This document shows positions 1 through 13,600 of a stretch of 64,000 bases of DNA, in pieces (positions within the stretch are counted from its first letter, which is position 1; every line of letters begins with the position of its first letter). A program made the translations under genes and the position numbers. Source of the DNA: Auanema rhodensis (Eukaryota; Animalia; Nematoda); contig OZ059900.1 in assembly GCA_964057225.1 (NCBI GenBank), positions 21,700,001-21,764,000 of the forward strand, in the 5' to 3' direction. The notes beneath the pieces were generated by a model. The model was not told where the DNA came from, did not search any database, and saw nothing but the letters and a program-made list of their open reading frames with translations.

Positions 1-342
1 TTTTTTTGTCGTGAAAGTGGAACTAGACGTTGTAGGAACAATTTTGAGCTAGGTTTCATTGACATTGCATGAGTTTGAACACATGAAATCGTAAGTCAAA
101 ACCTTGTTTACAGCGAAATTTCCAAAAACTGGTTTTCCAGCATAATAAAATATTTCTCACGGGAAATACTGTGTTTTTGTATTTTTCTAGTGTTCAGCAT
201 GTAAAATGCTTCATTTTAGTATGTAACACGCTGAAATTCGTTGCATTTGACGACTCATATGAACAAAAATCGATTTAATCAATATTAGCCATAAGGGGCG
301 TGCCCTCAGAATATGCTAATTTCCTTAATTTTCTAACCCCTG
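1..342 (+). repeat. Representative 342-bp satellite monomer (about 34% GC, rich in A/T tracts and short inverted repeats)
   Basis: Hand count gives 117 G+C in 342 nt. It has several A4-5 and T4-7 tracts, and dyads at 129-140, 151-168, 193-235, 202-218, 255-262, 267-276 and 284-320. Confidence 0.98.
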
Positions 343-3300
343 TTTTTTTGTCGTGAAAGTGGAACTAGACGTTGTACGAACAATTTTGAGCTAGGTTTCA
401 TTGACATTGCATGAGTTTGAACACATGAAATCGTAAGTCAAAACCTTGTTTACAGCGAAATTTCCAAAAACTGGTTTTCCAGCATAATAAAATTATTCTC
501 ATGGGAAATACTGTGTTTTTGTATTTTTCTAGTGTTCAGCATGTAAAATGCTTCATTTTAGTATGTAACACGCTGAAATTCGTTGCATTTGACGACTCAT
601 ATGAACAAAAATCGATTTAATCAATATTAGCCATAAGGGGCGTGCCCTCAGAATATGCTAATTTCCTTAATTTTCTAACCCCTGTTTTTTTGTCGTGAAA
701 GTGGAACTAGACGTTGTACGAACAATTTTGAGCTAGGTTTCATTGACATTGCATGAGTTTGAACACATGAAATCGTAAGTCAAAACCTTGTTTACAGCGA
801 AATTTCCAAAAACTGGTTTTCCAGCATAATAAAATATTTCTCATGGGAAATACTGTGTTTTTGTATTTTTCTAGTGTTCAGCATGTAAAATGCTTCATTT
901 TAGTATGTAACACGCTGAAATTCGTTGCATTTGACGACTCATATGAACAAAAATCGATTTAATCAATATTAGCCATAAAGGGCGTGCCCTCAGAATATGC
1001 TAATTTCCTTAATTTTCTAACCCCTGTTTTTTTGTCGTGAAAGTGGAACTAGACGTTGTAGGAACAATTTTGAGCTAGGTTTCATTGACATTGCATGAGT
1101 TTGAACACATGAAATCGTAAGTCAAAACCTTGTTTACAGCGAAATTTTCAAAAACTGGTTTTCCAGCATAATAAAATATTTCTCATGGGAAATACTGTGT
1201 TTTTGTATTTTTCTAGTGTTCAGCATGTAAAATGCTTCATTTTAGTATGTAACACGCTGAAATTCGTTGCATTTGACGACTCATATGAACAAAAATCGAT
1301 TTAATCAATATTAGCCATAAGGGGCGTGCCCTCAGAATATGCTAATTTCCTTAATTTTCTAACCCCTGTTTTTTTGTCGTGAAAGTGGAACTAGTCGTTG
1401 TACGAACAATTTTGAGCTAGGTTTCATTGACATTGCATGAGTTTGAACACATGAAATCGTAAGTCAAAACCTTGTTTACAGCGAAATTTCCAAAAACTGG
1501 TTTTCCAGCATAATAAAATATTTCTCATGGGAAATACTGTGTTTTTGTATTTTTCTAGTGTTCAGCATGTAAAATGCTTCATTTTAGTATGTAACACGCT
1601 GAAATTCGTTGCATTTGACGACTCATATGAACAAAAATCGATTTAATCAATATTAGCCATAAAGGGCGTGCCCTCAGAATATGCTAATTTCCTTAATTTT
1701 CTAACCCCTGTTTTTTTGTCGTGAAAGTGGAACTAGACGTTGTAGGAACAATTTTGAGCTAGGTTTCATTGACATTGCATGAGTTTGAACACATGAAATC
1801 GTAAGTCAAAACCTTGTTTACAGCGAAATTTTCAAAAACTGGTTTTCCAGCATAATAAAATATTTCTCATGGGAAATACTGTGTTTTTGTATTTTTCTAG
1901 TGTTCAGCATGTAAAATGCTTCATTTTAGTATGTAACACGCTGAAATTCGTTGCATTTGACGACTCATATGAACAAAAATCGATTTAATCAATATTAGCC
2001 ATAAGGGGCGTGCCCTCAGAATATGCTAATTTCCTTAATTTTCTAACCCCTGTTTTTTTGTCGTGAAAGTGGAACTAGTCGTTGTACGAACAATTTTGAG
2101 CTAGGTTTCATTGACATTGCATGAGTTTGAACACATGAAATCGTAAGTCAAAACCTTGTTTACAGCGAAATTTCCAAAAACTGGTTTTCCAGCATAATAA
2201 AATATTTCTCATGGGAAATACTGTGTTTTTGTATTTTTCTAGTGTTCAGCATGTAAAATGCTTCATTTTAGTATGTAACACGCTGAAATTCGTTGCATTT
2301 GACGACTCATATGAACAAAAATCGATTTAATCAATATTAGCCATAAGGGGCGTGCCCTCAGAATATGCTAATTTCCTTAATTTTCTAACCCCTGTTTTTT
2401 TGTCGTGAAAGTGGAACTAGACGTTGTACGAACAATTTTGAGCTAGGTTTCATTGACATTGCATGAGTTTGAACACATGAAATCGTAAGTCAAAACCTTG
2501 TTTACAGCGAAATTTCCAAAAACTGGTTTTCCAGCATAATAAAATATTTCTCATGGGAAATACTGTGTTTTTGTATTTTTCTAGTGTTCAGCATGTAAAA
2601 TGCTTCATTTTAGTATGTAACACGCTGAAATTCGTTGCATTTGACGACTCATATGAACAAAAATCGATTTAATCAATATTAGCCATAAGGGGCGTGCCCT
2701 CAGAATATGCTAATTTCCTTAATTTTCTAACCCCTGTTTTTTTGTCGTGAAAGTGGAACTAGTCGTTGTACGAACAATTTTGAGCTAGGTTTCATTGACA
2801 TTGCATGAGTTTGAACACATGAAATCGTAAGTCAAAACCTTGTTTACAGCGAAATTTCCAAAAACTGGTTTTCCAGCATAATAAAATATTTCTCATGGGA
2901 AATACTGTGTTTTTGTATTTTTCTAGTGTTCAGCATGTAAAATGCTTCATTTTAGTATGTAACACGCTGAAATTCGTTGCATTTGACGACTCATATGAAC
3001 AAAAATCGATTTAATCAATATTAGCCATAAGGGGCGTGCCCTCAGAATATGCTAATTTCCTTAATTTTCTAACCCCTGTTTTTTTGTCGTGAAAGTGGAA
3101 CTAGACGTTGTACGAACAATTTTGAGCTAGGTTTCATTGACATTGCATGAGTTTGAACACATGAAATCGTAAGTCAAAACCTTGTTTACAGCGAAATTTC
3201 CAAAAACTGGTTTTCCAGCATAATAAAATTATTCTCATGGGAAATACTGTGTTTTTGTATTTTTCTAGTGTTCAGCATGTAAAATGCTTCATTTTAGTAT

Positions 3301-6300
3301 GTAACACGCTGAAATTCGTTGCATTTGACGACTCATATGAACAAAAATCGATTTAATCAATATTAGCCATAAGGGGCGTGCCCTCAGAATATGCTAATTT
3401 CCTTAATTTTCTAACCCCTGTTTTTTTGTCGTGAAAGTGGAACTAGACGTTGTACGAACAATTTTGAGCTAGGTTTCATTGACATTGCATGAGTTTGAAC
3501 ACATGAAATCGTAAGTCAAAACCTTGTTTACAGCGAAATTTCCAAAAACTGGTTTTCCAGCATAATAAAATATTTCTCATGGGAAATACTGTGTTTTTGT
3601 ATTTTTCTAGTGTTCAGCATGTAAAATGCTTCATTTTAGTATGTAACACGCTGAAATTCGTTGCATTTGACGACTCATATGAACAAAAATCGATTTAATC
3701 AATATTAGCCATAAAGGGCGTGCCCTCAGAATATGCTAATTTCCTTAATTTTCTAACCCCTGTTTTTTTGTCGTGAAAGTGGAACTAGACGTTGTAGGAA
3801 CAATTTTGAGCTAGGTTTCATTGACATTGCATGAGTTTGAACACATGAAATCGTAAGTCAAAACCTTGTTTACAGCGAAATTTCCAAAAACTGGTTTTCC
3901 AGCATAATAAAATATTTCTCATGGGAAATACTGTGTTTTTGTATTTTTCTAGTGTTCAGCATGTAAAATGCTTCATTTTAGTACGTAACACGCTGAAATT
4001 CGTTGTATTTGACGACTCATATGAACAAAAATCGATTTAATCAATATTAGCCATAAGGGGCGTGCCCTCAGAATATGCTAATTTCCTTAATTTTCTAACC
4101 CCTGTTTTTTTGTCGTGAAAGTGGAACTAGACGTTGTACGAACAATTTTGAGCTAGGTTTCATTGACATTGCATGAGTTTGAACACATGAAATCGTAAGT
4201 CAAAACCTTGTTTACAGCGAAATTTTCAAAAACTGGTTTTCCAGCATAATAAAATATTTCTCATGGGAAATACTGTGTTTTTGTATTTTTCTAGTGTTCA
4301 GCATGTAAAATGCTTCATTTTAGTATGTAACACGCTGAAATTCGTTGCATTTGACGACTCATATGAACAAAAATCGATTTAATCAATATTAGCCATAAGG
4401 GGCGTGCCCTCAGAATATGCTAATTTCCTTAATTTTCTAACCCCTGTTTTTTTGTCGTGAAAGTGGAACTAGACGTTGTACGAACAATTTTGAGCTAGGT
4501 TTCATTGACATTGCATGAGTTTGAACACATGAAATCGTAAGTCAAAACCTTGTTTACAGCGAAATTTCCAAAAACTGGTTTTCCAGCATAATAAAATATT
4601 TCTCATGGGAAATACTGTGTTTTTGTATTTTTCTAGTGTTCAGCATGTAAAATGCTTCTTTTTAGTATGTAACACGCTGAAATTCGTTGCATTTGACGAC
4701 TCATATGAACAAAAATCGATTTAATCAATATTAGCCATAAGGGGCGTGCCCTCAGAATATGCTAATTTCCTTAATTTTCTAACCCCTGTTTTTTTGTCGT
4801 GAAAGTGGAACTAGACGTTGTACGAACAATTTTGAGCTGGGTTTCATTGACATTGCATGAGTTTGAACACATGAAATCGTAAGTCAAAACCTTGTTTACA
4901 GCGAAATTTCCAAAAACTGGTTTTCCAGCATAATAAAATATTTCTCATGGGAAATACTGTGTTTTTGTATTTTTCTAGTGTTCAGCATGTAAAATGCTTC
5001 ATTTTAGTATGTAACACGCTGAAATTCGTTGCATTTGACGACTCATATGAACAAAAATCGATTTAATCAATATTAGCCATAAGGGGCGTGCCCTCAGAAT
5101 ATGCTAATTTCCTTAATTTTCTAACCCCTGTTTTTTTGTCGTGAAAGTGGAACTAGACGTTGTACGAACAATTTTGAGCTAGGTTTCATTGACATTGCAT
5201 GAGTTTGAACACATGAAATCGTAAGTCAAAACCTTGTTTACAGCGAAATTTCCAAAAACTGGTTTTCCAGCATAATAAAATATTTCTCATGGGAAATACT
5301 GTGTTTTTGTATTTTTCTAGTGTTCAGCATGTAAAATGCTTTATTTTAGTATGTAACACGCTGAAATTCGTTGCATTTGACGACTCATATGAACAAAAAT
5401 CGATTTAATCAATATTAGCCATAAGGGGCGTGCCCTCAGAATATGCTAATTTCCTTAATTTTCTAACCCCTGTTTTTTAGTCGTGAAAGTGGAACTAGAC
5501 GTTGTACGAACAATTTTGAGCTAGGTTTCATTGACATTGCATGAGTTTGAACACATGAAATCGTAAGTCAAAACCTTGTTTACAGCGAAATTTCCAAAAA
5601 CTGGTTTTCCAGCATAATAAAATATTTCTCATGGGAAATACTGTGTTTTTGTATTTTTCTAGTGTTCAGCATGTAAAATGCTTCATTTTAGTATGTAACA
5701 CGCTGAAATTCGTTGCATTTGACGACTCATATGAACAAAAATCGATTTAATCAATATTAGCCATAAAGGGCGTGCCCTCAGAATATGCTAATTTCCTTAA
5801 TTTTCTAACCCCTGTTTTTTTGTCGTGAAAGTGGAACTAGACATTGTATTAACAATTTTGAGCTAGGTTTCATTGACATTGCATGAGTTTAAACACATGA
5901 AATCGTAAGTCAAAACCTTGTTTACAGCGAAATTTCCAAAAACTGGTTTTCCAGCATAATAAAATATTTCTCATGGGTATTACTGTGTTTTTGTATTTTT
6001 CTAGTGTTCAGCATGTAAAATGCTTCATTTTAGTATGTAACACGCTGAAATTCGTTGCATTTGACGACTCATATGAACAAAAATCGATTTAATCAATATT
6101 AGCCATAAGGGGGCGTGCCCTCAGAATATGCTAATTTCCTTAATTTTCTAACCCCTGTTTTTTTGTCGTGAAAGTGGAACTAGACGTTGTACGAACAATT
6201 TTGAGCTAGGTTTCATTGACATTGCATGAGTTTGAACACATGAAATCGTAAGTCAAAACCTTGTTTACAGCGAAATTTCCAAAAACTGGTTTTCCAGCAT

Positions 6301-9300
6301 AATAAAATATTTCTCATGGGAAATACTGTGTTTTTGTATTTTTCTAGTGTTCAGCATGTAAAATGCTTCATTTTAGTATGTAACACGCTGAAATTCGTTG
6401 CATTTGACGACTCATATGAACAAAAATCGATTTAATCAATATTAGCCATAAAGGGCGTGCCCTCAGAATATGCTAATTTCCTTAATTTTCTAACCCCTGT
6501 TTTTTTGTCGTGAAAGTGGAACTAGACATTGTATTAACAATTTTGAGCTAGGTTTCATTGACATTGCATGAGTTTAAACACATGAAATCGTAAGTCAAAA
6601 CCTTGTTTACAGCGAAATTTCCAAAAACTGGTTTTCCAGCATAATAAAATATTTCTCATGGGTATTACTGTGTTTTTGTATTTTTCTAGTGTTCAGCATG
6701 TAAAATGCTTCATTTTAGTATGTAACACGCTGAAATTCGTTGCATTTGACGACTCATATGAACAAAAATCGATTTAATCAATATTAGCCATAAAGGGCGT
6801 GCCCTCAGAATATGCTAATTTCCTTAATTTTCTAACCCCTGTTTTTTTGTCGTGAAAGTGGAACTAGACATTGTATTAACAATTTTGAGCTAGGTTTCAT
6901 TGACATTGCATGAGTTTAAACACATGAAATCGTAAGTCAAAACCTTGTTTACAGCGAAATTTCCAAAAACTGGTTTTCCAGCATAATAAAATATTTCTCA
7001 TGGGTATTACTGTGTTTTTGTATTTTTCTAGTGTTCAGCATGTAAAATGCTTCATTTTAGTATGTAACACGCTGAAATTCGTTGCATTTGACGACTCATA
7101 TGAACAAAAATCGATTTAATCAATATTAGCCATAAGGGGGCGTGCCCTCAGAATATGCTAATTTCCTTAATTTTCTAACCCCTGTTTTTTTGTCGTGAAA
7201 GTGGAACTAGACGTTGTACGAACAATTTTGAGCTAGGTTTCATTGACATTGCATGAGTTTGAACACATGAAATCGTAAGTCAAAACCTTGTTTACAGCGA
7301 AATTTCCAAAAACTGGTTTTCCAGCATAATAAAATATTTCTCATGGGAAATACTGTGTTTTTGTATTTTTCTAGTGTTCAGCATGTAAAATGCTTCTTTT
7401 TAGTATGTAACACGCTGAAATTCGTTGCATTTGACGACTCATATGAACAAAAATCGATTTAATCAATATTAGCCATAAGGGGCGTGCCCTCAGAATATGC
7501 TAATTTCCTTAATTTTCTAACCCCTGTTTTTTTGTCGTGAAAGTGGAACTAGACGTTGTACGAACAATTTTGAGCTGGGTTTCATTGACATTGCATGAGT
7601 TTGAACACATGAAATCGTAAGTCAAAACCTTGTTTACAGCGAAATTTCCAAAAACTGGTTTTCCAGCATAATAAAATATTTCTCATGGGAAATACTGTGT
7701 TTTTGTATTTTTCTAGTGTTCAGCATGTAAAATGCTTCATTTTAGTATGTAACACGCTGAAATTCGTTGCATTTGACGACTCATATGAACAAAAATCGAT
7801 TTAATCAATATTAGCCATAAGGGGCGTGCCCTCAGAATATGCTAATTTCCTTAATTTTCTAACCCCTGTTTTTTTGTCGTGAAAGTGGAACTAGACGTTG
7901 TACGAACAATTTTGAGCTAGGTTTCATTGACATTGCATGAGTTTGAACACATGAAATCGTAAGTCAAAACCTTGTTTACAGCGAAATTTCCAAAAACTGG
8001 TTTTCCAGCATAATAAAATATTTCTCATGGGAAATACTGTGTTTTTGTATTTTTCTAGTGTTCAGCATGTAAAATGCTTCTTTTTAGTATGTAACACGCT
8101 GAAATTCGTTGCATTTGACGACTCATATGAACAAAAATCGATTTAATCAATATTAGCCATAAGGGGCGTGCCCTCAGAATATGCTAATTTCCTTAATTTT
8201 CTAACCCCTGTTTTTTTGTCGTGAAAGTGGAACTAGACGTTGTACGAACAATTTTGAGCTGGGTTTCATTGACATTGCATGAGTTTGAACACATGAAATC
8301 GTAAGTCAAAACCTTGTTTACAGCGAAATTTCCAAAAACTGGTTTTCCAGCATAATAAAATATTTCTCATGGGAAATACTGTGTTTTTGTATTTTTCTAG
8401 TGTTCAGCATGTAAAATGCTTCATTTTAGTATGTAACACGCTGAAATTCGTTGCATTTGACGACTCATATGAACAAAAATCGATTTAATCAATATTAGCC
8501 ATAAGGGGCGTGCCCTCAGAATATGCTAATTTCCTTAATTTTCTAACCCCTGTTTTTTTGTCGTGAAAGTGGAACTAGACGTTGTACGAACAATTTTGAG
8601 CTGGGTTTCATTGACATTGCATGAGTTTGAACACATGAAATCGTAAGTCAAAACCTTGTTTACAGCGAAATTTCCAAAAACTGGTTTTCCAGCATAATAA
8701 AATATTTCTCATGGGAAATACTGTGTTTTTGTATTTTTCTAGTGTTCAGCATGTAAAATGCTTCTTTTTAGTATGTAACACGCTGAAATTCGTTGCATTT
8801 GACGACTCATATGAACAAAAATCGATTTAATCAATATTAGCCATAAGGGGCGTGCCCTCAGAATATGCTAATTTCCTTAATTTTCTAACCCCTGTTTTTT
8901 TGTCGTGAAAGTGGAACTAGACGTTGTACGAACAATTTTGAGCTGGGTTTCATTGACATTGCATGAGTTTGAACACATGAAATCGTAAGTCAAAACCTTG
9001 TTTACAGCGAAATTTCCAAAAACTGGTTTTCCAGCATAATAAAATATTTCTCATGGGAAATACTGTGTTTTTGTATTTTTCTAGTGTTCAGCATGTAAAA
9101 TGCTTCATTTTAGTATGTAACACGCTGAAATTCGTTGCATTTGACGACTCATATGAACAAAAATCGATTTAATCAATATTAGCCATAAGGGGCGTGCCCT
9201 CAGAATATGCTAATTTCCTTAATTTTCTAACCCCTGTTTTTTTGTCGTGAAAGTGGAACTAGACGTTGTACGAACAATTTTGAGCTAGGTTTCATTGACA

Positions 9301-10603
9301 TTGCATGAGTTTGAACACATGAAATCGTAAGTCAAAACCTTGTTTACAGCGAAATTTCCAAAAACTGGTTTTCCAGCATAATAAAATATTTCTCATGGGA
9401 AATACTGTGTTTTTGTATTTTTCTAGTGTTCAGCATGTAAAATGCTTTATTTTAGTATGTAACACGCTGAAATTCGTTGCATTTGACGACTCATATGAAC
9501 AAAAATCGATTTAATCAATATTAGCCATAAGGGGCGTGCCCTCAGAATATGCTAATTTCCTTAATTTTCTAACCCCTGTTTTTAGTCGTGAAAGTGGAAC
9601 TAGACGTTGTACGAACAATTTTGAGCTAGGTTTCATTGACATTGCATGAGTTTGAACACATGAAATCGTAAGTCAAAACCTTGTTTACAGCGAAATTTCC
9701 AAAAACTGGTTTTCCAGCATAATAAAATATTTCTCATGGGAAATACTGTGTTTTTGTATTTTTCTAGTGTTCAGCATGTAAAATGCTTCATTTTAGTATG
9801 TAACACGCTGAAATTCGTTGCATTTGACGACTCATATGAACAAAAATCGATTTAATCAATATTAGCCATAAAGGGCGTGCCCTCAGAATATGCTAATTTC
9901 CTTAATTTTCTAACCCCTGTTTTTTTGTCGTGAAAGTGGAACTAGACATTGTATTAACAATTTTGAGCTAGGTTTCATTGACATTGCATGAGTTTAAACA
10001 CATGAAATCGTAAGTCAAAACCTTGTTTACAGCGAAATTTCCAAAAACTGGTTTTCCAGCATAATAAAATATTTCTCATGGGAAATACTGTGTTTTTGTA
10101 TTTTTCTAGTGTTCAGCATGTAAAATGCTTTATTTTAGTATGTAACACGCTGAAATTCGTTGCATTTGACGACTCATATGAACAAAAATCGATTTAATCA
10201 ATATTAGCCATAAGGGGCGTGCCCTCAGAATATGCTAATTTCCTTAATTTTCTAACCCCTGTTTTTTAGTCGTGAAAGTGGAACTAGACGTTGTACGAAC
10301 AATTTTGAGCTAGGTTTCATTGACATTGCATGAGTTTGAACACATGAAATCGTAAGTCAAAACCTTGTTTACAGCGAAATTTCCAAAAACTGGTTTTCCA
10401 GCATAATAAAATATTTCTCATGGGAAATACTGTGTTTTTGTATTTTTCTAGTGTTCAGCATGTAAAATGCTTCATTTTAGTATGTAACACGCTGAAATTC
10501 GTTGCATTTGACGACTCATATGAACAAAAATCGATTTAATCAATATTAGCCATAAAGGGCGTGCCCTCAGAATATGCTAATTTCCTTAATTTTCTAACCC
10601 CTG

Positions 10604-13600
10604 TTTTTTTGTCGTGAAAGTGGAACTAGACATTGTATTAACAATTTTGAGCTAGGTTTCATTGACATTGCATGAGTTTAAACACATGAAATCGTAAGTC
10701 AAAACCTTGTTTACAGCGAAATTTCCAAAAACTGGTTTTCCAGCATAATAAAATATTTCTCATGGGTATTACTGTGTTTTTGTATTTTTCTAGTGTTCAG
10801 CATGTAAAATGCTTCATTTTAGTATGTAACACGCTGAAATTCGTTGCATTTGACGACTCATATGAACAAAAATCGATTTAATCAATATTAGCCATAAGGG
10901 GGCGTGCCCTCAGAATATGCTAATTTCCTTAATTTTCTAACCCCTGTTTTTTTGTCGTGAAAGTGGAACTAGACGTTGTACGAACAATTTTGAGCTAGGT
11001 TTCATTGACATTGCATGAGTTTGAACACATGAAATCGTAAGTCAAAACCTTGTTTACAGCGAAATTTCCAAAAACTGGTTTTCCAGCATAATAAAATATT
11101 TCTCATGGGAAATACTGTGTTTTTGTATTTTTCTAGTGTTCAGCATGTAAAATGCTTCATTTTAGTATGTAACACGCTGAAATTCGTTGCATTTGACGAC
11201 TCATATGAACAAAAATCGATTTAATCAATATTAGCCATAAGGGGCGTGCCCTCAGAATATGCTAATTTCCTTAATTTTCTAACCCCTGTTTTTTTGTCGT
11301 GAAAGTGGAACCAGACGTTGTACGAACAATTTTGAGCTAGGTTTTATTGACATTGCATGAGTTTGAACACATGAAATCGTAAGTCAAAACCTTGTTTACA
11401 GCGAAATTTCCAAAAACTGGTTTTCCAGCATAATAAAATATTTCTCATGGGAAATACTGTGTTTTTGTATTTTTCTAGTGTTCAGCATGTGAAATGCTTC
11501 ATTTTAGTATGTAACACGCTGAAATTCGTTGCATTTGACGACTCATATGAACAAAAATCGATTTAATCAATATTAGCCATAAAGGGCGTGCCCTCAGAAT
11601 ATGCTAATTTCCTTAATTTTCTAACCCCTGTTTTTTTGTCGTGAAAGTGGAACTAGACGTTGTAGGAACAATTTTGAGCTAGGTTTCATTGACATTGCAT
11701 GAGTTTGAACACATGAAATCGTAAGTCAAAACCTTGTTTACAGCGAAATTTCCAAAAACTGGTTTTCCAGCATAATAAAATATTTCTCATGGGAAATACT
11801 GTGTTTTTGTATTTTTCTAGTGTTCAGCATGTAAAATGCTTCATTTTAGTATGTAACACGCTGAAATTCGTTGCATTTGACGACTCATATGAACAAAAAT
11901 CGATTTAATCAATATTAGCCATAAGGGGCGTGCCCTCAGAATATGCTAATTTCCTTAATTTTCTAACCCCTGTTTTTTTGTCGTGAAAGTGGAACTAGAC
12001 GTTGTACGAACAATTTTGAGCTAGGTTTCATTGACATTGCATGAGTTTGAACACATGAAATCGTAAGTCAAAACCTTGTTTACAGCGAAATTTCCAAAAA
12101 CTGGTTTTCCAGCATAATAAAATTATTCTCATGGGAAATACTGTGTTTTTGTATTTTTCTAGTGTTCAGCATGTAAAATGCTTCATTTTAGTATGTAACA
12201 CGCTGAAATTCGTTGCATTTGACGACTCATATGAACAAAAATCGATTTAATCAATATTAGCCATAAGGGGCGTGCCCTCAGAATATGCTAATTTCCTTAA
12301 TTTTCTAACCCCTGTTTTTTTGTCGTGAAAGTGGAACTAGACGTTGTACGAACAATTTTGAGCTAGGTTTCATTGACATTGCATGAGTTTGAACACATGA
12401 AATCGTAAGTCAAAACCTTGTTTACAGCGAAATTTCCAAAAACTGGTTTTCCAGCATAATAAAATATTTCTCATGGGAAATACTGTGTTTTTGTATTTTT
12501 CTAGTGTTCAGCATGTAAAATGCTTCATTTTAGTATGTAACACGCTGAAATTCGTTGCATTTGACGACTCATATGAACAAAAATCGATTTAATCAATATT
12601 AGCCATAAAGGGCGTGCCCTCAGAATATGCTAATTTCCTTAATTTTCTAACCCCTGTTTTTTTGTCGTGAAAGTGGAACTAGACATTGTATTAACAATTT
12701 TGAGCTAGGTTTCATTGACATTGCATGAGTTTAAACACATGAAATCGTAAGTCAAAACCTTGTTTACAGCGAAATTTCCAAAAACTGGTTTTCCAGCATA
12801 ATAAAATATTTCTCATGGGTATTACTGTGTTTTTGTATTTTTCTAGTGTTCAGCATGTAAAATGCTTCATTTTAGTATGTAACACGCTGAAATTCGTTGC
12901 ATTTGACGACTCATATGAACAAAAATCGATTTAATCAATATTAGCCATAAGGGGGCGTGCCCTCAGAATATGCTAATTTCCTTAATTTTCTAACCCCTGT
13001 TTTTTTGTCGTGAAAGTGGAACTAGACGTTGTACGAACAATTTTGAGCTAGGTTTCATTGACATTGCATGAGTTTGAACACATGAAATCGTAAGTCAAAA
13101 CCTTGTTTACAGCGAAATTTCCAAAAACTGGTTTTCCAGCATAATAAAATATTTCTCATGGGAAATACTGTGTTTTTGTATTTTTCTAGTGTTCAGCATG
13201 TAAAATGCTTCATTTTAGTATGTAACACGCTGAAATTCGTTGCATTTGACGACTCATATGAACAAAAATCGATTTAATCAATATTAGCCATAAGGGGCGT
13301 GCCCTCAGAATATGCTAATTTCCTTAATTTTCTAACCCCTGTTTTTTTGTCGTGAAAGTGGAACCAGACGTTGTACGAACAATTTTGAGCTAGGTTTTAT
13401 TGACATTGCATGAGTTTGAACACATGAAATCGTAAGTCAAAACCTTGTTTACAGCGAAAATTCCAAAAACTGGTTTTCCAGCATAATAAAATATTTCTCA
13501 TGGGAAATACTGTGTTTTTGTATTTTTCTAGTGTTCAGCATGTGAAATGCTTCATTTTAGTATGTAACACGCTGAAATTCGTTGCATTTGACGACTCATA

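Noticed and set aside
59-150. Bacterial promoter-like hexamers (ttgaca at 59-64, cataat at 141-146) and terminator-like hairpin plus T-tract
   Set aside because: The spacing is wrong, there is no downstream gene, and such motifs are expected by chance in AT-rich repeats.
236-252. CENP-B box-like motif aTTCGttgcAttTGacg
   Set aside because: It matches TTCG and the central A, but the CGGG half is missing (6 of 9 key positions), so it is not supportable as a functional box.
1-342. Primate alpha-satellite dimer (2 x 171 bp)
   Set aside because: Only the length coincides; I recognise no alpha-satellite sequence motifs.
1-342. 5S rRNA, tRNA, snRNA or spliced-leader tandem gene unit
   Set aside because: I see no recognisable 5S, tRNA cloverleaf or snRNA sequence on either strand. 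An Rfam/Infernal scan would be the formal test.
330-342. Telomere-like motif (ctaacccc / ggggttag)
   Set aside because: It is a single copy per monomer and never tandem, so it is not evidence of telomeric repeats, although it lies next to the recurrent breakpoint.
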